Assembly: GCA_046757165.1 (NCBI GenBank)
Contig: JBHHXT010000073.1
Coordinates: 1 to 21,049 of the forward strand
Source: a bacterium
GTDB lineage: Bacteria; Zhuqueibacterota; Zhuqueibacteria; Oceanimicrobiales; Oceanimicrobiaceae
Length of the DNA: 21,049 nucleotides
Reading direction: 5' to 3'
Shown: piece by piece, positions 7,871 to 14,542 of the stretch
Position numbering within the stretch: the first letter of the stretch is position 1
How the letters are laid out: the number at the start of each line of letters is the position of its first letter
Notes under the pieces: model-generated
Database searches by the model: none
Seen by the model: only the letters and a program-made list of their open reading frames with translations
Told to the model about the DNA's origin: nothing
Position numbers and translations under genes: made by a program

Positions 7871-9432
7871 AAAACAAAGAAGTTCAAGAACTATCTGAGA
7901 TCGTACATTTCGAGACAGAATATGACCAAACCTTGCCTTATTTTGCCGATCTGAATTCAACTCTTCAAGCCAACAGCTTGCTCGAGCTCGTGAGCGGTCT
8001 GCAAATCATCCCGGGCAGTGCGGATTCCAGTCTGTTTTGGCATCCGGATACCGCCATGTGGTGTTATGTTGATTCGAATGAAATGCACGTTTGTCAAGAG
8101 TTAGAGCAGACCATTAGATTCTCCACTCTGCAACAGAGATTCCCTCAGTACCGGCGCGAAGATGTAACGAAACTCCTGACTCATTTGTATCGACGCGGCT
8201 TGTTGAAGATTGACGACCAGCCAGGTCTGGATCCCGGCTTTTGTGAAAACGCCCCTTTGTTCAAGAAAGCATATCTGGTTGAGTTGTACATGACGGAAAA
8301 ATGTAACCTGGGGTGCAAGTACTGCTTTGCTGAGGCCGCGCCGGACAATTCGACCATGCCTGTGGAAATCGGCTACCTGGCGATAGATAAGGCCTTTGCG
8401 TTGCCTGCAACGAGGTTTATCATCGAATTCGCAGGCGGTGAGACTTTTGTCGAGTTCGGGACCTTTCAGCGCCTGGTCGAATACATCGCGGTGAAGAAAA
8501 AGCAAACCGGCAAAGATCCGCAAATTGTGGTGCAGTCGAATGGCACGTTGTATCACAAGTCACACATCCGCAAGTTCATTCTAAGACACAACATCATCAC
8601 CGGCGTTAGCATCGATGGGCCGCCAGAGGTACAGAATGCCGTCCGACCAACCGCAGGCGGAAAAGAGAGCTCCGACGCTGTGTTGCGAGGAATCAAGGCG
8701 CTGCAGAAGACGGGCTTTGAGGTCGCTACCATCACGACAGTCAATCGAGCGAATGTCGATAGACCGGAAGAAATTGTAGATTATTTTGTGTCCCGGAATA
8801 TCCACTACGGCCTTTTCAAAGAGATGCTAGGGTTAGGACGCGCCGAAGCGTCGTGGCATGAGCTGGCCGTTGGGCCCGAGGAGTTTTTTGAGTTCATCAA
8901 ACGGGTTCTGGAATACACGACTGAAAACAACATCTTTTTCAGAGATTTGACCACCAAGCGGCTGATCAGGAACCTGCTCGTACGAACACGTAGTTTCCGG
9001 TGCATGCGCTCGCCTTGCAACGCTGGCGTCGACTATTTTGTCATTCGTCCAAACGGAGATATTTATCCGTGTGCGGATCACGTCAGACCGGAGCTGAAAA
9101 TGGGAAACATCAAAGACCCTGAGCCCTTGCACGTTTGCTTTGAGAAACAGCCGACCGTCGTTGAAATGAAGTGCCATCGCAGTGTCAAGAATATTCCCGG
9201 CTGTCGGAGTTGCGACTGGCGACACCTGTGCGAAGCGGAATGTGGCCTGGCTGCTTTGAAAAGCTACGGTACGTTATACCACGCATCCCCCAAGTGCCAG
9301 TTCTACAAAATGGTGTATCCCTATCTGCTGGGATTTTCTCAAAAACATCCAGAGGTGATTTGTGATTATTGGGAAAACGCCGAGGTGGTGAGGTTCAGTC
9401 TCGTGAACGACAAGGGGTCTCTCGAGGCATAA
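7858..9432 (+). CDS. Radical SAM/SPASM peptide maturase 1 with N-terminal RRE (PqqD-like) domain
   Basis: CNLGCKYC (CxxxCxxC), FAGGE, QSNGT and VSIDG. SPASM cysteines: CMRSPC, GDIYPC, CRSCDWRHLCEAEC and a final C. The ~135-aa N-terminal extension has an RRE-like pattern (FWHPDTAMWCYV...LLTHLYRRGLL). Confidence 0.9.
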   Translation: MYYLKNKEVQELSEIVHFETEYDQTLPYFADLNSTLQANSLLELVSGLQIIPGSADSSLFWHPDTAMWCYVDSNEMHVCQELEQTIRFSTLQQRFPQYRREDVTKLLTHLYRRGLLKIDDQPGLDPGFCENAPLFKKAYLVELYMTEKCNLGCKYCFAEAAPDNSTMPVEIGYLAIDKAFALPATRFIIEFAGGETFVEFGTFQRLVEYIAVKKKQTGKDPQIVVQSNGTLYHKSHIRKFILRHNIITGVSIDGPPEVQNAVRPTAGGKESSDAVLRGIKALQKTGFEVATITTVNRANVDRPEEIVDYFVSRNIHYGLFKEMLGLGRAEASWHELAVGPEEFFEFIKRVLEYTTENNIFFRDLTTKRLIRNLLVRTRSFRCMRSPCNAGVDYFVIRPNGDIYPCADHVRPELKMGNIKDPEPLHVCFEKQPTVVEMKCHRSVKNIPGCRSCDWRHLCEAECGLAALKSYGTLYHASPKCQFYKMVYPYLLGFSQKHPEVICDYWENAEVVRFSLVNDKGSLEA

Positions 9433-9445
9433 GGAAGGGCGAAAA

Positions 9446-11062
9446 ATGTTTTATCTGAAGAACAGCGACCTTGCGCAGCTTTTTGAAATTGTGTTATTGG
9501 AGAACGCTTTTGATCAAGAGCTGCCTTATTTTGCTGAGCCTGAGCTGACGCCCGCGACCGTCTTGCATCTGACGAACGCGACACTGCAAGCTAAAGATGA
9601 CGGGCACGCCCTGATCTGGAATCCTGAAACGGGGACCTGGTGCTTCATCAGCCCAATGGAATATCCCGTGTGCCAGTCAATGATGGAGCCGATTCGATAT
9701 GGCGAGCTGAGGCAGAAACACCGACTGCAACACGGTGACCAGGACATTGAGTTGACGGAATTCCTGACTCACCTCTACCAACGCGGCTTGCTCGCGTTAG
9801 ACGGCCAGCAGGGCATCGACCAGGACATTTATGCAAATGGGCCTTTGTTCACCGAAGCATTTATTCTGGAGCTGATGCTGACCGAAAAATGTAATCTCGG
9901 CTGCGCGTATTGCTTTGCTGAGGCGGATAACAGCAAAGATGACATGACTTTGGAGCTGGGCAAGCGTGCAATCGACAAAATGCTTGCTCTTCCTGACCAG
10001 AGCTTTGTTGTCAAATTTGGTGGCGGCGAGCCGCTTTCCAGGTTTCGCACCCTGATTCAGTTGGTCGAGTATGCTTTACAAGCGAACAAAACCCAGAGGG
10101 CGGAGGAAGCCGCTATTCTCTTTGACATCACGACCAACGGAACTCTGATCACGGACCGGGTTGTCGAGGCACTAAGGTGCTACCCGATAAGGCTGCAGAT
10201 CAGTTTCGACGGTTTACCTGAAATCCATGATACGGTCAGATATTACCTCAATGGTAAGGGCTCGAGCAGGGATGTGGTGGCGGCATTTAGCGAACTGCAT
10301 CAGAATGAACTCCCGTTTCGGGTGATCACGGTTGTCAGAGGACCACACATCCCAAAAGCAAAAGACCTTTTTCGATACTACGATGATCTGGGAATCAAGC
10401 ACGTTCGGTTCAATCCCATGATCCGGTCCGGTCGCGGCAGTTTCGTCGAGCAACAACATGGCATCACGCCGGAAAGCTATTTCCATTTCATGCAGCAGCT
10501 CGTTGAACACATGGCTGAGCATTTGACCTTCAGTGACGACTCCATCCAATCGATGGTGCGGAATTTGGTCGGTCGCACGCGTGATTTCAGGTGTATGCGC
10601 GGAACGTGTGGTGCCGGCATCACCTATCTCAACGTTGATGCGAAAGGCAACCTTCACCCGTGCGCTTATTTCCGCTCCGCTTCCCGGCACGTTGACCTGG
10701 GGAATGTGGAATCAAATGATTTGTCTTTTCACGCATGCTGCAAGAATGATCCGATTGTGACCAGAATGGCACAGCGCACGGTTCATACGATTGCCAGGTG
10801 CTCGAGATGTCCCTGGCGCCATGTCTGCACCGGTGGCTGCGCCATGGGGGCCTATCAGAAATATGGTAATTTTGACCATCCTTCTGATTTATGCGACTAT
10901 TATGTCAAGATGTACCCGTTTCTGCTGGACACGTTGCACCACACGCCCGAATTGGCAACATTCTTACTGCCAGACATAGAGCAGTGTATGCCAGCCGGCA
11001 TTCCTGCCTCGCCAGCAAATTCCAGGAAGGAGGTGATAGCAAACGCGCAGCAATCGGTTTAG
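9446..11062 (+). CDS. Radical SAM/SPASM peptide maturase 2 with N-terminal RRE domain, paralog of maturase 1
   Basis: CNLGCAYC, FGGGEP, TTNGT and ISFDG. SPASM cysteines: CMRGTC, GNLHPC, CSRCPWRHVCTGGC and a final C. RRE-like IWNPETGTWCFI...FLTHLYQRGLL. AAGGAAGG SD at 9431-9438. Confidence 0.9.
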   Translation: MFYLKNSDLAQLFEIVLLENAFDQELPYFAEPELTPATVLHLTNATLQAKDDGHALIWNPETGTWCFISPMEYPVCQSMMEPIRYGELRQKHRLQHGDQDIELTEFLTHLYQRGLLALDGQQGIDQDIYANGPLFTEAFILELMLTEKCNLGCAYCFAEADNSKDDMTLELGKRAIDKMLALPDQSFVVKFGGGEPLSRFRTLIQLVEYALQANKTQRAEEAAILFDITTNGTLITDRVVEALRCYPIRLQISFDGLPEIHDTVRYYLNGKGSSRDVVAAFSELHQNELPFRVITVVRGPHIPKAKDLFRYYDDLGIKHVRFNPMIRSGRGSFVEQQHGITPESYFHFMQQLVEHMAEHLTFSDDSIQSMVRNLVGRTRDFRCMRGTCGAGITYLNVDAKGNLHPCAYFRSASRHVDLGNVESNDLSFHACCKNDPIVTRMAQRTVHTIARCSRCPWRHVCTGGCAMGAYQKYGNFDHPSDLCDYYVKMYPFLLDTLHHTPELATFLLPDIEQCMPAGIPASPANSRKEVIANAQQSV

Positions 11063-11097
11063 AGGGGAAATCTTTAACAATTAAGGAGATGAAACCA

Positions 11098-11568
11098 ATG
11101 TCCGAGAAAAAGAATGAGAAACAAGACCGCAGAACCTTTCTCAAAGGCGCGGCCCTGGCAAGTGCGGTCGTCATCCTGGAGGGTCCATCTGCTGTTGCGC
11201 AGGAGAGACTAACCAAAGTGCAGCAGAAGAAAAAAGTCCTCTGGGCTGTTCCGCCTCCGCCAGGTGACAATGCGCCTGAGGACGACCTCGAGGAGCTTCA
11301 GCCTTTAATGAAAGCAGCACTCGGCGAAGCCATGTCAAAAGCGGAAGCGGTGATTGAAAAGATGGTCAGGTCCGGAGGCAAGACTAAGACGCTGAATATT
11401 TCCAAGGCATTGGCCGCCGAGGGGTTGACACTGAGAAGCCCCGGAGCCAGAAAGGCAGCCACCACCATCAAAGTTCCTGCTATCATAACGAAGAAGGCCA
11501 GGGAGGCGAAAGCTGAGGGCTGGCATCTTCATGGCCAGATCTCTCAGCATACCCATATGACCTGGTAA
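11098..11568 (+). CDS. Putative RiPP-type precursor A1 (156 aa) with Tat signal and C-terminal core WHLHGQISQHTHMTW
   Basis: AAGGAG at 11083-11088 is 9 nt before ATG 11098 (an in-frame ATG at 11089 is too close to the SD). DRRTFLK twin-arginine motif, hydrophobic GAALASAVVIL, AVA|QE signal peptidase site. Lies directly after two RRE-SPASM enzymes and has a close paralog downstream. Confidence 0.8.
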   Translation: MSEKKNEKQDRRTFLKGAALASAVVILEGPSAVAQERLTKVQQKKKVLWAVPPPPGDNAPEDDLEELQPLMKAALGEAMSKAEAVIEKMVRSGGKTKTLNISKALAAEGLTLRSPGARKAATTIKVPAIITKKAREAKAEGWHLHGQISQHTHMTW

Positions 11569-11655
11569 TTAAGGATGTGTGTGGGATGGTATAGACGAAT
11601 GGGTAAACCCGAATTTGAATCAACGACGGTTCATCCCCTCTGAACCGTGATTATT

Positions 11656-11755
11656 CAGGTAGATAGGCTGTAGAGGCTGTAGGAAGAATCGACGCGTTGG
11701 ATTTGAGCATTGCGCAAAACCGAACAGCCTAATTGCCTACAGTCTAAACACCTGA
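11656..11755. repeat. Imperfect inverted repeat with AGGCTGT/ACAGCCT-type units between the two precursor genes
   Basis: TCAGGTAGATAGGCTGTAG (from 11656) versus CTACAGTCTAAACACCTGA (ending 11755; reverse complement TCAGGTGTTTAGACTGTAG), plus extra AGGCTGT/ACAGCCT copies. Confidence 0.6.
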
Positions 11756-11852
11756 TAGTTACTCAGAACCTATTCAAACTGATTGAATTCTATTCGCTAA
11801 GAGCCAATTGACATAAGCCAATCGCTCAACTTAGATTATGGAGATGAAACCA

Positions 11853-12320
11853 ATGTCCGAGAAAAAGAATGAGAAGCAAGATCGCAGAACCTTTCTCAAA
11901 GGTGCGGCCCTGGCAAGTGCAGTTGTCATCCTGGAGGGTCCGGCTGCAGCTCAGGAGAGACTAACCAAATCGCAGCAGAAGAAGAAAGTCACCTGGGCCG
12001 TTCCTCCTCCACCAGGTGATAATGCGCCTGAGGACGACTTCGAGGAGCTTCAGGCTTTGGTACAAGCGGCAGTCGGCGAAGCCATGTCAAAAGTGGAGGC
12101 GGTGATTGAGAAGATGGTCAGATCCGCGGGCAAGGCTAAAACGCTGAATATTTCCAAGGCGTTGGCTGCCGAGGGGTTGACCCTGAAAAGCCCCGGAGCC
12201 AGAAAAGTGGCCGTCACCATCAAAGTTCCTGCCATCATCATGAAGAAGGCCCGGGAGGCGAAAGCTGAGGGCTGGCATATTCATTCCAGCGCTTCGGCGC
12301 ATAGCCATACGACCTGGTAA
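11853..12320 (+). CDS. Putative RiPP-type precursor A2 (155 aa) with Tat signal and C-terminal core WHIHSSASAHSHTTW
   Basis: GGAG at 11840-11843; first 30 aa identical to A1, including DRRTFLK. By manual alignment there are about 15 substitutions and 1 indel before the last 15 residues, but 7 of the last 15 differ. In-frame ATGs at 11838 and 11844 are alternative starts. Confidence 0.8.
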   Translation: MSEKKNEKQDRRTFLKGAALASAVVILEGPAAAQERLTKSQQKKKVTWAVPPPPGDNAPEDDFEELQALVQAAVGEAMSKVEAVIEKMVRSAGKAKTLNISKALAAEGLTLKSPGARKVAVTIKVPAIIMKKAREAKAEGWHIHSSASAHSHTTW

Positions 12321-12355
12321 TCAATATCTGACAAGTCAACCTCTGTTATTTTTTG

Positions 12356-12405
12356 GCAAGCCCCGGCTGTTGTCCTAATTGTCTTTTGATGACTGTCGGG
12401 GCAAG
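12356..12405. repeat. Hairpin GCAAGCCCCG...GTCGGGGCAAG 3' of precursor A2 (possible mRNA stabiliser or terminator)
   Basis: GCCCCGGC/GTCGGGGC stem; terminal sequences are identical to those of the element at 5447-5491. Confidence 0.5.
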
Positions 12406-12410
12406 ACTTG

Positions 12411-12570
12411 AGATCACAAATTGCAAAGGTCCAAATAACAAATAAGCCCCAATGCCCAATTCCTGAAATCTCAAACAAGACAAAGGTGCTCGATACCGGC
12501 GGTCGTTTGGTTCATTGTGATTTGCAGTTTGAGTTTTATTTGGGTTTTGTTCTTTGATACTTGGGGTTTC
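12411..12570. repeat. Degenerate inverted repeat with ~7-nt periodicity (CAA-rich arm facing a TTG-rich arm)
   Basis: 12411-12477 has CAA about every 7 nt (cacaaat tgcaaag gtccaaa taacaaa ... caatgcc caattcc). 12504-12570 has the mirrored TTG periodicity. Confidence 0.6.
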
Positions 12571-12598
12571 CAGCTCGTCCGGCTTAAGCAATTGAGAA

Positions 12599-14542
12599 AT
12601 GAAGGTTTCATCCTTGTTTGCAAGAATCATCCTGATCGTTCTTTTACTAGCGGCCTCGTCTGTCGGGGTTACTGGGACTCTTTCAGACAAAACGAATGAC
12701 CGTTGGAAATCTTTCACGAGCGTGAACTATGCTCTCGATCTGTTTTCTGATGGCCGCACCTTATGGGTAGCGGGTGGAGGGATTCGATGCTTTGACCTGC
12801 AACAACGAACCCTGAAAGTTTTTCACACTGAGAATGGGCTGATCTCTAATGGCGTGACATGTCTCGCCCAAGACAATTCCGGGAAGGAGCTTTGGATTGG
12901 CTCCGCGGATGGAGTGTGCAGATTGAATGTCGAGACCGGCAACTGGCTTTCTTTAACCACGGAGGATGGCCTGGTCAATAATTGGGTGCAGGCTGTGGTT
13001 GTATGCCATTTCAATCATCAGAAGACGATCTGGTTTGGCACGAGAAAAGGGGTGAGCGTTCTCGAGCCCCGCAAGATGAGCTGGCATCACGATACAGGCG
13101 AAGAGGGGATGTTGCCGGATGATTGGATCACCGCTCTGGCTGTTGATGAGGTGCGGGGATTCGTCTGGGTGGGGACGGCGAAGGGATTGGCTCGATACAA
13201 CTTAGAAGGCCGGCACTGGGCGAAGGTTGGACGCTTCACCAGCTCCATGTGGATTGTCGACCTCATCATAGAGAATGAAACTGGCAACGTCTGGTGTGCG
13301 ACACTCTCACAGGGGATCAAAAAATATGATAGTGCGCAGGCGAAATGGAGTGATGTTTTGAACACGTCGAAGCCATTTCACACGCTCTGCATGCACCTGG
13401 ACGAGAGGCAGCAGACCCTCTGGCTTGGCACCGATGATGGTCTTTGGGCCTACCACCCGGATGCGAATAAAAGTCCCTGGAAAAAGCACAGCCCTGAAAG
13501 GCCTGGGCAGGCCATGGTCATCACGTCTATGCAAATCGATGAGCAGCTGGAGAAGGGTTGGTTTGCTACAGACAGGGGTATCTATGAGTATGAGTTGCAA
13601 GCTCGAACCTGGACCTCTGTCGCACCCAACATCGGGTTGGTTCATAACGATGTAAATGCACTCGCTCTCGATGAACCCTCCGACTCGATCTGGTTTGCGA
13701 CAGATGGCGGAGGCATCAGTCGCTACGACCTCGAAGAGAAAGCGTGGGAGACCTATACCCGGGAAGAGGGTCTCTTTTCTCTTTCCTTCAAATCAGCGGA
13801 CATGAGTGTCAAGGATAAGGCGTTGTGGTTTGGCTCCTCGCAGGCAGTTGGAGTTTTATATCCTGACACCAAACAAATTGCACGTATCGGGCGGGCCGAG
13901 GGCCTGGACGATGCCGCGATTACCGCCATCGCGATAGACGAGCAAAGAGAAGTCGCATGGATTGGAGCATGGGGCAGAGAGGGCGGACTTTATCGATATG
14001 ATTTGAACGATACGAGATCACCCGGCCACAATTATACTTATGGTTTGGCGCACAGGAGCGTGACTTCAATTGCGGTGGCTGGAGATCGGGTTTGGGTCGG
14101 AACAGGCGCTGGCGTGAGCCGATACAATACGAAAACCGACGACTGGCGGACGTTCACTACCGAGGACGGGTTATCCAATAGCGCGGTCATCACCCTGGCC
14201 AGGGACGGGAAGCACCGGGCCGTGTGGGCGGCCACAGAATGGGGTCTGAATTGTTATGATGAGCGGCAGGAACGCTGGCATCAGTTCTTCAAGACAGAAA
14301 ACGGATTGGCTCATAACATTGTTCTGGCCATTGCAATAGATGAAGATAACGACAAAGTGTGGTTCGGAACTGAGGGCTTTGGTGTGACGTGTCTTGACTT
14401 GAAAACAAATACATGGGAGACGTTTACCACCAGGGATGGGTTGGCTAACAATTATGTGCTTTCTATCGTGTTGGATAAGAAGCGCAATTGCACATGGTTT
14501 GGCACGTTGATGGGAGGCGCAAGTCGACTTTGCGATCGATGA
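12599..14542 (+). CDS. Secreted beta-propeller protein 1 (two-component-regulator-propeller-type repeats, 14 counted)
   Basis: Sec-type signal MKVSSLFARIILIVLLLAASSVG. 14 repeats of x-W-(F/V/I)-(G/A)-T..G...YD....W..(F/Y)T..DGL..N.V..IA.D. The protein ends right after the last repeat, with no TM helix or kinase domain. Confidence 0.85.
   Translation: MKVSSLFARIILIVLLLAASSVGVTGTLSDKTNDRWKSFTSVNYALDLFSDGRTLWVAGGGIRCFDLQQRTLKVFHTENGLISNGVTCLAQDNSGKELWIGSADGVCRLNVETGNWLSLTTEDGLVNNWVQAVVVCHFNHQKTIWFGTRKGVSVLEPRKMSWHHDTGEEGMLPDDWITALAVDEVRGFVWVGTAKGLARYNLEGRHWAKVGRFTSSMWIVDLIIENETGNVWCATLSQGIKKYDSAQAKWSDVLNTSKPFHTLCMHLDERQQTLWLGTDDGLWAYHPDANKSPWKKHSPERPGQAMVITSMQIDEQLEKGWFATDRGIYEYELQARTWTSVAPNIGLVHNDVNALALDEPSDSIWFATDGGGISRYDLEEKAWETYTREEGLFSLSFKSADMSVKDKALWFGSSQAVGVLYPDTKQIARIGRAEGLDDAAITAIAIDEQREVAWIGAWGREGGLYRYDLNDTRSPGHNYTYGLAHRSVTSIAVAGDRVWVGTGAGVSRYNTKTDDWRTFTTEDGLSNSAVITLARDGKHRAVWAATEWGLNCYDERQERWHQFFKTENGLAHNIVLAIAIDEDNDKVWFGTEGFGVTCLDLKTNTWETFTTRDGLANNYVLSIVLDKKRNCTWFGTLMGGASRLCDR

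Noticed and set aside
7858..11062. Anaerobic sulfatase maturase (anSME) or PqqE/MftC annotation
   Set aside because: The SPASM Cys pattern is anSME-like, but no sulfatase, pqq or mft genes are present and both enzymes have RRE-like extensions next to precursor-like genes.
10891..11097. 69-aa N-terminal extension of precursor A1 in the ORF track
   Set aside because: Overlaps maturase 2, is absent from paralog A2 and would bury the Tat motif; the SD supports ATG 11098.
11575..11643. 22-aa micro-ORF MCVGWYRRMGKPEFESTTVHPL after precursor A1
   Set aside because: The AAGG abuts the ATG with no spacing, and there is no counterpart after A2; no support for translation.
11521..12320. Assignment to the His-Xaa-Ser (HxsA/B/C) radical SAM system or to darobactin/dynobactin
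   Set aside because: The cores lack tandem HxS repeats and the WNWSKSF-type sequence, the two enzymes are full-length paralogs of each other, and the long Tat-signal precursors do not fit. An HMM search is still needed to exclude a distant relationship.
12346..12717. 123-aa minus-strand ORF, and 12281-12478
   Set aside because: These are translations of the periodic repeat arms and the antisense of propeller 1; the biased composition is explained by the repeat.
14488..14538. Earlier start for propeller 2
   Set aside because: The non-ATG start overlaps propeller 1 by 55 nt; ATG 14539 gives ATGA coupling and a proper signal N-terminus.
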